A stretch of DNA of 63,844 nucleotides, counting the filler, from Octopus bimaculoides (taxonomy: Eukaryota), in the NCBI RefSeq assembly GCF_001194135.2. It is 12 parts of 11 records of this genome, joined end to end, with 100 filler letters (N's around TTAATTAATTAA, not from the genome) between each part and the next. Parts side by side here need not be neighbours in the genome. Positions count along the whole stretch, not along the records: positions 33,592 to 39,913 come from NC_068986.1; positions 40,014 to 45,446 come from NC_069010.1; positions 45,547 to 50,043 come from NW_026358493.1; positions 50,144 to 52,315 come from NC_068985.1; 8 more parts are not named here. One strand, written 5' to 3'. The translations under genes were made by a program, and so were the position numbers. This document shows positions 36,805 through 50,334 of this stretch, piece by piece. Position 1 is the stretch's first letter. Every line of letters starts with the position of its first letter. Below the pieces are notes generated by a model that was given only the letters and a program-made list of their open reading frames with translations, was not told where the DNA came from and did not search any database.

Positions 36805-37070
36805 GGCATGGCTGTGTTATTAAGAAGCTTGCTTTGGAATCATATGGCTTCAGGTTCAGTTCCACTGCACAGCATCTTGGGCGAGTCTTTTCTATTATAA
36901 CCCCAGGCCAACCAATGCCTTGTGAGTTGATTTGGATGATAGAAACTGTGAGGAAACTCCTTGTGTGTGCGTGTGTGTGTGTGTGCCTCACAACTTAACA
37001 ACACATGTTCATTAGTTTGTATCACTGTAACTTAACAGCTGAGCCAAAAAAGTACCGGACTTTAAAAGAA
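36805..37070 (+). mobile_element. Diverged OK-like SINE
   Basis: GGCATGGCTGTGTTATTAAGAAGCTTGCT...CAGGTTCAGTTCCACTG...CTTGTGAGTTGATTTGG. Confidence 0.7.
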
Positions 37071-37374
37071 AAAAAATTGCATTGCGATTGATTGGTTCAA
37101 TAAAACCATGGAAGGTAGTGCATAGCCACTGTCTAGTGACTTAACCCATTTTAACCCAGGTTAACCTGTCGAAATTTTTAAGATAGTTATATCAATAAGG
37201 AAACGTCCAGTTAACCATTATTGCAGTAAATATACCTTATGCAATGGTTAAATAAGTACAACAAGCACTATTTTGCATCCAGTTAACTTTTATTGCAGTA
37301 TATAAATCAAATACAATTGTCCTCAAATGAGGACACCGGGTTAATATGGGTTAAACAAGTCTAACATAAAAGAA

Positions 37375-37431
<57 letters not shown>

Positions 37432-38100
37432 AACGTTGCCAGCGTTGTCTTACTGACACTTGTGCTGGTGGCACGTGAAAAACAACATTCGAGTGTGATT
37501 GTTGCCAGTGCTGCAGGACTGGCTCCCGTGCAGGTTGCATGTAAAAACACCTTTTGAGCATGGTCATTGCCAGAACTGCCTGACTGATCCTCATGCCGGT
37601 GGCACGTAAAAGCATTAACTACACTATATATATATATATATGCACACACATATATATATATGCACACATACACACACACGTGCGCATGTAACGAAATGCC
37701 TTAGTCAAGGACACAACATGCTACCTCATCCAGGAATTGATCTCATGACTTTATGATCATCAGCTCAACTCTCGCCCCTGAACTGGCTCTTGTGTGGGGT
37801 TGTTGTAGGATTTTCGAGCGAGATCATTGCTGGTGCCCCTGGACTGGCTCTTGTGCGGGTGACACATGAGGTTTCTCGAGCGAGATGAGCGTGGCCGTTG
37901 CCAGTACCGCCTGACTGGCCTTCGTGCGGGTAACACGTAAAAGCACCCACTACACTCTCTGAGTGGTTGGCATTAGGAAGGGCATCCAGCTGTAGAAACA
38001 CTGCCAAATCAGATTGGAGCCTGGTGTAGCCATCTGGTTTCACCAGTCCTCAGTCAAATCGTCCAACCCATGCTAGCATGGAAAGCGGACGTTAAACGAC
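37432..38100 (+). mobile_element. Two copies of the 33172-type SINE separated by a microsatellite and another SINE fragment
   Basis: Repeated CTGACTGGC/GGTGGCACGTAAAAGCA modules; core at 37960-38100. Confidence 0.75.
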
Positions 38101-38783
38101 GACGCCGACACCGCCACATGCCAATAGATGTATATGTATGCATAAATATATGTATNNNNNNNNNNNNNNNNNNNNNNNNNNNNNNNNNNNNNNNNNNNNN
38201 NNNNNNNNNNNNNNNNNNNNNNNNNNNNNNNNNNNNNNNNNNNNNNNNNNNNNNNNNNNNNNNNNNNNNNNNNNNNNNNNNNNNNNNNNNNNNNNNNNNN
38301 NNNNNNNNNNNNNNNNNNNNNNNNNNNNNNNNNNNNNNNNNNNNNNNNNNNNNNNNNNNNNNNNNNNNNNNNNNNNNNNNNNNNNNNNNNNNNNNNNNNN
38401 NNNNNNNNNNNNNNNNNNNNNNNNNNNNNNNNNNNNNNNNNNNNNNNNNNNNNNNNNNNNNNNNNNNNNNNNNNNNNNNNNNNNNNNNNNNNNNNNNNNN
38501 NNNNNNNNNNNNNNNNNNNNNNNNNNNNNNNNNNNNNNNNNNNNNNNNNNNNNNNNNNNNNNNNNNNNNNNNNNNNNNNNNNNNNNNNNNNNNNNNNNNN
38601 NNNNNNNNNNNNNNNNNNNNNNNNNNNNNNNNNNNNNNNNNNNNNNNNNNNNNNNNNNNNNNNNNNNNNNNNNNNNNNNNNNNNNNNNNNNNNNNNNNNN
38701 NNNNNNNNNNNNNNNNNNNNNNNNNNNNATATATATATATATATACACGTATATATGTATATTTACATATGTGTGTGTATGTG

Positions 38784-38814
<31 letters not shown>

Positions 38815-38849
38815 ATGTATATATATATATATGTGTGTGTGTGTGTATG

Positions 38850-38880
<31 letters not shown>

Positions 38881-39064
38881 ATATATATATATATCGTATG
38901 TATGTATGTATGAGTTCATGCATTCATTACTGTTCTTTGTTTAACTCTATGGATGATTTGCCATTGTTCCAAAAATCAGGCGTCTGAATAGGAATATTGG
39001 TGGGGGTTAAGATTCAAACAAATTTAGGGAGGAAAATAAAAACAGAGTCAGATTTTATGTGTTT

Positions 39065-39380
39065 CAGTCACATGACTGCGACCATGCTGGAGCACCATCT
39101 CGAAGAGTTTGTGTTAAAAAAAAACAAAAAAACATCAGTACCTATGTTTCTTTCAGAATCTGGTACTTATACTATTAGTTGCTTTTGCCAAATCACCATG
39201 ATTGAAGGACACACATTGACATGTAATATATACAACAGGCTTCCACACAGTTTCCATCTTCCACATTCACTCTCAAGAGATTTGTTGGTTGAGGGCTATA
39301 CCAGCAAGTGCCATGCAGTGGAACCAAACCCAAAGCCATGTGGTTTAAAATTGAACTTCTTAACCACCCAGCCATGTCTG
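39065..39380 (-). mobile_element. Diverged OK-like SINE
   Basis: TTTCAGTCACATGACTGCGACCATGCTGGAGCACC...TTAACCACCCAGCCATG. Confidence 0.65.
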
Positions 39381-39869
39381 TTCCTATATCATGTCAAGAA
39401 ATATTCTTTTATTTGTATGTGTGTGTGTGTGTGTTTAAAAACAGGCATTGAAATACTGAAACCCCTCCCCTTAAAAAAAAAAAGGAAGAAAGAAACCACT
39501 TGATGTTTAGGGGCTAAAACTTTGTATAAACTATTAGACAATTGCAAAGATGGAGATAAGGATTTCCTTTTAGGTGAAGTATCTTCATTCGTTGATGATT
39601 TTGGCTGTTTTGTCATCGTAGTGCAAATCCTCAAGTGTGCTTAATCTCCTTGAGGTCTGAAACTGTAATTTTCATTTCATTTCGAGTTTGCTGGTTGGCT
39701 GAGAAACCTGATATTTGTCCCAGTTTCTACAGAATCTGTTGGTCGAAACTCTCTGCTTCATGCACTGGATATACATGCATATCATTCCCTGATTAGTTTC
39801 CTTTAATACTAAGAAATACAGCTATTACACAAATGCATATACATGCACACTTGTGTACACACACACACA

Positions 39870-39913
<44 letters not shown>

Positions 39914-40442
39914 NNNNNNNNNNNNNNNNNNNNNNNNNNNNNNNNNNNNNNNNNNNNTTAATTAATTAANNNNNNNNNNNNNNNNNNNNNNNNNNNNNNN
40001 NNNNNNNNNNNNNTAATTTGTTTGGGCAAAGAACAAAAAAAATGTTTTATATATATATATTCCAGATAAGGTGTTGGAAGGAGTAGTTTAGGTGGAGTGG
40101 GGTGGGGAAATGGGGGGGCGAGAGAGTCCTCAGCCCCCTCCCCTCCACACAATAGAATCTGGCAGCAAAAATTATGTAAGAATTTTCATTTTGTTTGTTT
40201 TTTCCCTTTTTTTTAATAAGAAAATAAGATGCCTTCCCGGGGTCCCACTCCCAGCAAAGGATACATTCGTTAAAACAGGGGAGAACAGAACTAATTAGTA
40301 AAAACCACATGTGCATTCGTGAATCCGTGTACGTATATATAGAAGTATACGTGTGTATGTGTGTATATGTACACACACATACATAACTATGTATATACTT
40401 ACATCGATATATATATACCTATATATATATATATATGTTGAT

Positions 40443-40605
40443 GTAAGCACCCACTACACTCTCGCGGAGTGGTTGGCATTAGGAAGGGCATCCAGCTGTA
40501 GAAACTTTGCCAGATCAGATTGGAGCCTGGTGTTGCCATCTGGTTTCACCAGTCCTCAGTCAAATCGTCCAACCCATGCTAGCATGGAAAGCGGACGTTA
40601 AACGA
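40443..40605 (+). mobile_element. 33172-type SINE, 3' part
   Basis: AAGCACCCACTACACTC...GCTAGCATGGAAAGCGGACGTTAAACGATGATG. Confidence 0.8.
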
Positions 40606-40853
40606 TGATGATGATGATACATACATACATACATACATACATAAATGTATATACTGAATTTAAAAAAAAAAAACCCTGCGCACCCTACCAAAACACAACT
40701 CGTATTTGTATTAAAAATAAAAGTAAATATACTCAGGAAACACACACACACACATAGGTGCCAAATAATATGGAAATATCGTTAATGCCCTTAACATTTC
40801 ATCAAACTAATAACAATAATAACAATAATAATAATAATAATAATAATAATAAT

Positions 40854-42180
40854 CTTTTCTACTCGTTTGGAGGCATGGGCTAGTTGACTACATCCACCCT
40901 CGACTGGTACTTATTTCATCAACCCAGAAAGGAAAGAAGGGCTAAGTCCACCTTGGCGGACTTCAAACTCAGGACCTGAAGACAGAAGCAACGTCACCAA
41001 GTGTTTTGACTGGAGCAATTTCACCAACTCCTCTGCTTAATTATAATAATAATTATAATAATAATAATAATAATCTTTTCTACTCGTTTGGAGGCATGGG
41101 CTAGTTGACTACATCCACCCTCGACTGGTACTTATTTCATCAACCCAGAAAGGAAAGAAGGGCTAAGTCCACCTTGGCGGACTTCAAACCCAGAACCTGA
41201 AGACAGAAGCAACGTCACCAAGTGTTTTGACTGGAGCAATTTCACCAACTCCTCTGCTTAATAATAATAATAATAATCCTTTCTACTATAGGCACAAGGC
41301 CTGAAATATTGGAGGAGTTGATTAGATCCACCCCAGTACGCAACTGGTACTTANNNNNNNNNNNNNNNNNNNNNNNNNNNNNNNNNNNNNNNNNNNNNNN
41401 NNNNNNNNNNNNNNNNNNNNNNNNNNNNNNNNNNNNNNNNNNNNNNNNNNNNNNNNNNNNNNNNNNNNNNNNNNNNNNNNNNNNNNNNNNNNNNNNNNNN
41501 NNNNNNNNNNNNNNNNNNNNNNNNNNTAACTGGTACTTAATTGGACCCTGGAGGAATTTGAACTCGGAAACGTAGCGACAGGCGAAATACCACTAAGCAC
41601 TTCGCCCGGCGTGCTAACGATTCTGCCAGCTCGCTGCCTTAATAATAATGATGATGATGATGATGATGATGATGGTGGTTTCAACATTTTAGCACAGGTC
41701 CAGCAATTTTAGGGGACAGGTGTTGGTATTTCCTTTGCACTTTATTTTTATCGACCTCCCATAGGATTTGAACTCAGAACCGAAAGGGTCAGAAGAAATA
41801 CCAGTAAGGACAAGGGCAGTGGATTACATCGGCCCCCTACTCCCTAGTGCTCAACTGGACCTCTGTTTCATTGACCCTGGAAGGACAAAGAAGCAAAGTT
41901 GACCGCGGCAGGATTTGAGCTAAGCATGTAACGGGTTGGAAGAAATGCTGCTGGAGTATTCCGTCCGACATGCTAATAATAGTCCTTTTTTCTACTCTTT
42001 TGTGGGGGCAGGGGCAAGGTTGACTACATCCACTCTCCACTGGTGCTTATTTCATTGACCCAGGGAAAAAAATGAAGGGCAAAGTCCACCCTGGTGGACT
42101 TTGAACTCAGGATGTAAATACAGAAAAGCAACGCTCATAGAGATGTGGTGCAGGTGTTTTGAAGACGCAAAGAATCTGGA
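40854..42180 (-). mobile_element. Co-oriented stack of ~6-7 diverged OR2-like SINEs separated by (TAA)n/(TGA)n; includes a 221-bp tandem duplication
   Basis: 40854-41040 and 41075-41260 differ at ~2 sites; repeated ACTGGTACTTATTTCATC.ACCC core. Confidence 0.75.
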
Positions 42181-42288
42181 TTGAGCATCAACATTCGTTT
42201 GATAAAACAGTGTGTATAAGTATATATATATATATACATATGTGTATATATATACATATATGTGTGTATATATACATATATATATGTG

Positions 42289-42374
<86 letters not shown>

Positions 42375-43399
42375 TGTATACATACATATATATACATATA
42401 CGTATATATATATATGTATATATACATATATATATGTATATATACATATGTGTGTGTGTATATATAGTCTAGTGGTTGGGTATGAACCTCATGGTCCAAA
42501 GATTGAAGGTTCAGTTCAATTCCAGGCTTAGGCAGCTGATTGTGTTCTTGAGCAAGGCACTTCATTTCATGTTGCCCTAGTTTACTAAGCTGGAGCACCC
42601 CCACACTCTGTGTTTTGCTGTTTAACAACATTCCAAGACCCATGGCTGACATCATTTCCATTCATTGGAGATGTAAAGCTTTGTGCCTGTCCCAAAGGAC
42701 CCTGAAGGCCGTTAGCAGTGTTGTAAAACAGAAGGAGTGAAACAGGTTGACCGAAGGCCTAGTTTGCTGACCCCTACAAAGGAGAAATAATTCACCAGTG
42801 AGTTACGGTACATGACCCTCCCTGCTGGCTGCAACCAGAGGCTGTTTAAATTCAAGGTTTTGATTGTTTAAGGAGAAAAACCCTTCCAGAAAAATGAATT
42901 TATGGGAGGCTAATTACTTGGAAAATAACAAGGTTCTTATATCAGAAATGGTACGGATGAGAGAGAGAGAGAGAGAGAGAGAGAGGAGGGGGTAGTGGTC
43001 AGAGGTCAAACTCCAATGGTCACATCGTGGAGTTTGAACCCAGACAGCAGGATTTATCTGGATAAATAGTAATGCATGATTTTCAGTTGAATATTTTAGC
43101 ATCACGGCCACAATATTGCCCTATGTCTCAAAAAATAAAAAGGATAAATAATAATAATAATAATAACAACAATAATAATGACAGCTTCAAATTTTAGCAC
43201 AAGACCAGCAATATTTTTACGGGGGAAAGGGGTTAGTTGATCACATGACCAACACTCACCTAGTACTTTTATTTTTATCGACCCTGGTGATAATAATTAT
43301 AATGCTTAGAAATCATTTGAAAAAAAATTACGAAATATTTGCTTGACCACAGCCATTTCTTTCTTATTAGCATCGTTATACATACTAATTAATACTGAA

Positions 43400-43430
<31 letters not shown>

Positions 43431-44169
43431 NNNNNNNNNNNNNNNNNNNNNNNNNNNNNNNNNNNNNNNNNNNNNNNNNNNNNNNNNNNNNNNNNNNNNN
43501 NNNNNNNNNNNNNNNNNNNNNNNNNNNNNNNNNNNNNNNNNNNNNNNNNNNNNNNNNNNNNNNNNNNNNNNNNNNNNNNNNNNNNNNNNNNNNNNNNNNN
43601 NNNNNNNNNNNNNNNNNNNNNNNNNNNNNNNNNNNNNNNNNNNNNNNNNNNNNNNNNNNNNNNNNNNNNNNNNNNNNNNNNNNNNNNNNNNNNNNNNNNN
43701 NNNNNNNNNNNNNNNNNNNNNNNNNNNNNNNNNNNNNNNNNNNNNNNNNNNNNNNNNNNNNNNNNNNNNNNNNNNNNNNNNNNNNNNNNNNNNNNNNNNN
43801 NNNNNNNNNNNNNNNNNNNNNNNNNNNNNNNNNNNNNNNNNNNNNNNNNNNNNNNNNNNNNNNNNNNNNNNNNNNNNNNNNNNNNNNNNNNNNNNNNNNN
43901 NNNNNNNNNNNNNNNNNNNNNNNNNNNNNNNNNNNNNNNNNNNNNNNNNNNNNNNNNNNNNNNNNNNNNNNNNNNNNNNNNNNNNNNNNNNACACACACA
44001 GTTGTGGAGAGAGAGATATTTATCTTAAAAATGTCACAAACAGAAAAGAAAAAAGCAAAAGGGAGACAGCACACAACTCGCAGCCAATGGTGGAGATTCT
44101 CTGGAAGGAACGTCAACGTTTGCAGTTGTTATGGCAGTGACAAAAAAAAAAAAAAAAAAGGTCATACTT

Positions 44170-44530
44170 TGTTAACTTGTTTTAGTTATTGGGACAGCTG
44201 CCATGCTGGGGCACTATCTTGAAGGGCTTAGTCGGATAAACCAGTCCCAGAATTTAATTTTTTGAGCCTGGTGCTGATTCCATTGGTTTATTTCGCTGAA
44301 CTGCTAAGTTACAAGGCTGTAAATAAACCAACACTTGCCATCAGATGGTTAGTGATGGTGGTGGTAGCAGGGCAAACACAAACATATATATATATGTATG
44401 TGTGTGTGTGTGTGGTTTCGTAGGCTTAGGCCCAGCAGAAGACACTTGCTCAGGGTGCAGCACAGTGGAATTGAAACCAGGATCTTGGTGGGTGGGAAGC
44501 AAAATACTTATTACAGAACCATTAGCAGCA
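44170..44530 (-). mobile_element. Diverged OK-like SINE
   Basis: GCTGCCATGCTGGGGCAC...TTCGCTGAACTGCTAAGTTAC...CACAGTGGAATTGAAACCAGG. Confidence 0.6.
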
Positions 44531-44936
44531 GCAGCAGTAGTTGTAGTAGTAATAGTAGAATAGGTATTGTGTGTCTTGAAATTGAAGTACTAAAGATGGT
44601 ATAAAGGGGAAGAATGAAGAGATTCGACTGCTAAGTATAGCAAGTCAAATAGGTGTACATGTGTAGACACCATACTGGTGGAGAATGACTGTTAATCCTG
44701 ACAAGAACGCAGTAGCACCACCACTACCATCAATCATCAATCATCATCATCATCATCATCATCGTCATCATCATCTGTAGCAGTAGTGAAAGGTATTCTT
44801 TCTACTAAAAACGCAAGACTTAAAATTTTTTTTTGANNNNNNNNNNNNNNNNNNNNNNNNNNNNNNNNNNNNNNNNNNNNNNNNNNNNNNNNNNNNNNNN
44901 NNNNNNNNNNNNNNNNNNNNNNNNNNNNNNNNNNNN

Positions 44937-45140
44937 GCAGATGAGCCAGGTGAGGGTGACATTCTGAAGTGTCCTGTCCTGGGTTCAATCCTGGGAAGAA
45001 GGTAAGAGTGTATTTATTTTTTTCGTTTATACAAAAATTAAAAAAAAAAAGAGAGTTACCTTCTTCTCCCATCCTGACCAGGATTGAACCCCGTGAGCAG
45101 GACACTTCAGAATGTCCTCCTCCTCACCCAGCTCATCTAC
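44937..45140. other. ~200-bp foldback made of two inverted tRNA-like (B-box) arms
   Basis: AGATGAGCCAGGTGAGG..GACATTCTGAAGTGTCCTG..GGGTTCAATCCTGG..AAGAAGGTAA mirrored in 45056-45140; spacer has a T-tract then an A-tract. Confidence 0.8.
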
Positions 45141-45164
45141 ACTCACCTTTACCACCACTCCATC

Positions 45165-45446
45165 AGGAGAAGATCCCCGTGTTACCAGTGAAAAAATGCA
45201 GAATCGACCCAAGATAACAGTATGGTGTGGAATGACTTTGGACAGGATTGTGGGTCCCTTCATCCTTCATGATACTATGAACGCCGAAAGGTACCTCACT
45301 ATGTTGAGAGATGAAGTTTGGCCAATCATCAGTGTTTGGGACAATATTGAAGATTTAATTTTCATGCAAGATGGTGCTCCTCCACACTTTGCTATTGTTG
45401 TTCGTGAATGGCTGAATGCCCAATTTCCTGGGAAATGGATGGGTCG
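45165..45446 (+). pseudogene. IS630-Tc1-mariner transposase fragment, probably DD41D (rosa-like)
   Basis: KITVWCGMTLDRIVGPF...MNAERYLTML...FMQDGAPPHFAIVVREWLNAQFPGKWMG; third catalytic D lost in the gap, so spacing is inferred. Confidence 0.85.
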
Positions 45447-46519
45447 NNNNNNNNNNNNNNNNNNNNNNNNNNNNNNNNNNNNNNNNNNNNTTAATTAATT
45501 AANNNNNNNNNNNNNNNNNNNNNNNNNNNNNNNNNNNNNNNNNNNNAAAAAATGAGAAGAATATTTAAAAGGAGCTACAAGAAAATGTTGGATTCTAAGC
45601 AAGGATTTAAAATTATCTCTATTATTTGCTTTCTCTATCTGGAAAAACTATTTATGCTTCAAACCATGAAACGTTTATCTTCAACAAATACATTGATTTT
45701 ACATGCCTTTTTTTTTTTTAGTTAATTGTTTACTTCGTAAATAGCTTGAAAAAACTGGAACACGTCAAAAACATTCTTACGGAAAACTGTCAGGAAAACT
45801 ATCATAAAGAAAATGTAAATATTCCATTTGTTGTTGTCGCTGTTGTGAGACATTGACTTCCTTATAATTACCAAAACTGATTGGTTTCTACGTTGAATTG
45901 CTACACTTAGTTAAATGGATTCTACTTGAATACACAATGGACATTAAATGAGTGATCAGGTGTGCCCACTCCATGGACTGTACCAGACATTATCAACAAA
46001 CCTCTTGAAAATTAATTTCTGTTTTTATTACCAGCTCATCGTAAATCTTTAGCAGCATAGATATCCCACAGATTCTCTGTTAAGAGCTTTCTTAAACTTC
46101 TCACTGACTGCACAAATATACGCTAATTAAGTGGTCCAGAGCCATTAAGTAATTAACCATTAATTTTCATGTTATATATCACAGAGGAAGTCGTATAAAA
46201 CAACTGGCTCGTATAATGTGTCACTTTACTTCTTTCTCAGTTTTATTAAAACAGCATCGTTTGTAAGGTAGTTATGTCTCTTTTTCTCTGATACACATCC
46301 ATATATTGCTGATAAATTCACCAGTTCTGTTTGGGCGCGCGCAGGATATGTGGTTTAAAAGGTGGTTGTTTCTCAAACACGTAATTCAAGGTTGACTCCC
46401 ACCGCGGGACGCCATGAAAAATTGTCCTCGGTTTGACCAATTTCTTGTGAGTGAAATTTGGTAGATGGAAATGGAGCAGAAGACACTTGCATAAATACAC
46501 ACACTTGCACACACACATG

Positions 46520-46559
<40 letters not shown>

Positions 46560-47899
46560 NNNNNNNNNNNNNNNNNNNNNNNNNNNNNNNNNNNNNNNNN
46601 NNNNNNNNNNNNNNNNNNNNNNNNNNNNNNNNNNNNNNNNNNNNNNNNNNNNNNNNNNNNNNNNNNNNNNNNNNNNNNNNNNNNNNNNNNNNNNNNNNNN
46701 NNNNNNNNNNNNNNNNNNNNNNNNNNNNNNNNNNNNNNNNNNNNNNNNNNNNNNNNNNNNNNNNNNNNNNNNNNNNNNNNNNNNNNNNNNNNNNNNNNNN
46801 NNNNNNNNNNNNNNNNNNNNNNNNNNNNNNNNNNNNNNNNNNNNNNNNNNNNNNNNNNNNNNNNNNNNNNNNNNNNNNNNNNNNNNNNNNNNNNNNNNNN
46901 NNNNNNNNNNNNNNNNNNNNNNNNNNNNNNNNNNNNNNNNNNNNNNNNNNNNNNNNNNNNNNNNNNNNNNNNNNNNNNNNNNNNNNNNNNNNNNNNNNNN
47001 NNNNNNNNNNNNNNNNNNNNNNNNNNNNNNNNNNNNNNNNNNNNNNNNNNNNNNNNNNNNNNNNNNNNNNNNNNNNNNNNNNNNNNNNNNNNNNNNNNNN
47101 NNNNNNNNNNNNNNNNNNNNNNNNNNNNNNNNNNNNNNNNNNNNNNNNNNNNNNNNNNNNNNNNNNNNNNNNNNNNNNNNNNNNNNNNNNNNNNNNNNNN
47201 NNNNNNNNNNNNNNNNNNNNNNNNNNNNNNNNNNNNNNNNNNNNNNNNNNNNNNNNNNNNNNNNNNNNNNNNNNNNNNNNNNNNNNNNNNNNNNNNNNNN
47301 NNNNNNNNNNNNNNNNNNNNNNNNNNNNNNNNNNNNNNNNNNNNNCACGACTCTCTTCCGATCTTATATATATATATAAATTTATCTCCACACACATACA
47401 TACATATATGTAAATAAATATGTATATACACATATATATACACATAGGCACACATACATATTATATATATATATGTATATATACACATATATATATACAT
47501 ACACACACACACATACATACGCATGTGTGTGCGTACGTATGTCTGTTTGTGAGTGTGTATATCAGAAAAAATAAAACAGAATCTAAGGTGACTAGGGCTG
47601 TGGTTGTCTGTTGTCGACAAGACATGTATTTTTTTAGCAGAAATGACGTAAGGACTACAGTAAAATTACACTGGGGAGTGGAGTACCCAAGATTTCGAAT
47701 GGAGTTTTTCTTCGGAGTAATAATGACAGGAATGAAATATTAGAAAGACATCCTTCTCCCCTGACGGCAATTTCACTGACTCTTTCTGTCACTTTTTCAA
47801 CATATACATGCTCATACACATAAATATATATTTTCTTTACCACTGCACACTGACAATCGCACACACACGTACACATGCGCGCGTGTAGTTTATGGTTTA

Positions 47900-48120
47900 C
47901 GTTTTTCAGTTATTGGGCTACAGTCATGTTGGAGCACCACCTTGAAGGTTTTAGCGAAATGAATTGACCTCAATTCTTATTTCTCTTTTAAGTCTGGTAC
48001 TTTATTCTCAATTTTTTTTCTTTTACAGAATTGCTATGTTACGGGGACGTAAACAAACCGATATCGGTTGCCAAGCAGTGTGGGTGACAAACACTGACAC
48101 AAAGACATACACACACACAC
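47900..48120 (-). mobile_element. OK-like SINE, 3' half
   Basis: TTTCAGTTATTGGGCTACAGTCATGTTGGAGCACC...TTACGGGGACGTAAACAAACC. Confidence 0.7.
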
Positions 48121-48230
48121 GCACGCAGCACACCCATACATCTGTGTATAAAAAACACAAACTCCAAGGTTAAGGGCCTAATAGAATTAGTTTATGTGTA
48201 TATATACATGTATATTTACATATCTATATC

Positions 48231-48300
<70 letters not shown>

Positions 48301-48869
48301 CGTTGAGTGGACATGCGGGTTTAAGATTACAAGTATCTTTATTTCGAAATCGGTGGGTTATACTTAAACTCAATGTAACGCAATCTAGACAGCATACTCT
48401 CGTATTCAGATGTATAAATCACCGTAGGTGTTCGAAATTAAAAATAGCTTTTGTCGGTGAGGTCTTTGCAACGCATCGCCTTACCATTTAACGCTTAAAT
48501 TCATTATATGTAAAAATTAATTTTGCTACTGTTTGTTTCAGTTAATGGACTGCGGCTATTCTGGAGTAACACCTTGAAAAGATTTAGAGGAAACAAACTA
48601 CCCTATTACTTGTTTTCAATTTGCTGATCCCAACTGGAAAGACAATTTAGATCGAGCAGAGAAAACAATGAATGAACCAATGAAAAAGTAATGACAATTT
48701 AGATATATCAAATTTGGTAACTCGAGGCAGTAAAGACGATACAAGCTTTTTTGTAAAATGTTAAACGAATCTTCTGCACTTCCATATAAAAGAAATGCAG
48801 ATGTATACATTTTGACACTTGAAATGTTTCTTTATGTGTATCTCAAGGAATTTGAAAATCTTGTTTTGG

Positions 48870-49260
48870 CGAAACAAGTTATGTGGTTTAGAAACTCACT
48901 TCCCTACCACGAGGTTTTGCATTCAATCTTACCATGTGACACCTTGGGCAAGTGTCTTTTACTGTAGCACTGGGGCGACCAAAGCCTTAGGAGTGGATTT
49001 GGTAGGAGACAGTGTGGAAGCGTGTCGATTATAAGTTTTTGTATGCTTTTGTGATTGTGTTAGTTTCTCGACCGCTTGGTAACGGATACTGGATTGTTTA
49101 CGTCCTTGAAAATTAACTGTTCGACAAAAGAGATCAATAGAATAAGTAGCAGGCTTTAAAATAAGAACTGGAGTCAAATTTGTTCGACCAATACTTTTCA
49201 AGTCGGCGCCCTTGCAGGGTCGCAATCCAATGATAGAAAGAAGCAAAGGATAAAAGATAG
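48870..49260 (+). mobile_element. Diverged near-full-length OK-like SINE
   Basis: ATGTGACACCTTGGGCAAGTGTCTT...GACCAAAGCCTT...GGATTTGGTAG...AATAAGTA. Confidence 0.7.
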
Positions 49261-50258
49261 AGATAACAACACAATATGCAACTTTGTAAAAGTCATTTTC
49301 GTCTGAACCTGCTATCAAAAATGTATGGAGGTGGCATTTCAGCATTTGAATTAAATAACCCATTTGATAAATTTAGCAATTTAGATAAAAATTTAGTCTA
49401 AGAGGCACTGGTCCACGAAAATATATACAAAGTGGGGCAAAATAGGTGGCGAATGAAGGGAACCTTTACAGCGTGGGAATTGTTTTGCGGTATTTGTTCT
49501 GATTTTCTACGCCATGAACTTTACCTTTCATCCTTTCGGGACCAATACAAACAAGCTAAGAAACAAGGGAGTGGAGTGACAAAACTGGAAGAAGCATCAG
49601 AAAGGAAGCCTTGCGGTATTTGTTCCGGCACTTTCCATTCTGAGTTCTGAGTTCAAAACCAGCCATGAACTATATGAGCGAGGGGGTACATTTAATCCTT
49701 CACTCGGTTTAACAGCACAACCTGGCACCTTGAGTGGCTTTAGCAGAACCCACAACGCTCCAAGCATTCGGATCATTTTTCAGTTTGATGATATTGTTCT
49801 CACTCCCGTCCCCTCCTCAGTCACGGAAGTCTTATGATGGGGCATGGGCATTGTTAGGTGGCACATTAAAAACTGCTATAGAGGGCATGATCAGATACTT
49901 TGAAAATTATCGAAAATAAACCGAGGCACAAAATTTGCTAGTTTTACAAAATTTGGCACCATGATAAATGTAAAATGACGCCGCTGAGTTTCAGTAGACT
50001 TAAAACCATTTCACTAACACACACACACACACACACACACACANNNNNNNNNNNNNNNNNNNNNNNNNNNNNNNNNNNNNNNNNNNNTTAATTAATTAAN
50101 NNNNNNNNNNNNNNNNNNNNNNNNNNNNNNNNNNNNNNNNNNNATGTCCTGCAACGTACCTACGCCATTGTTAAGAAAAAAGAAAAAAATGAATCAATGT
50201 CAAAGAACGAATGAAAATATGTGTATGCCTCTGTGTTTGAACGCATGTGGTTCTGTGT

Positions 50259-50334
<76 letters not shown>

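Noticed and set aside
40854-41260. Idea that OR2-like SINEs are mobilised by the R4/Dong LINE because both sit in TAA repeats
   Set aside because: The sense-strand tails are complementary, (ATT)n for the SINE and (AAT)n for the LINE, and I saw no shared 3' sequence.
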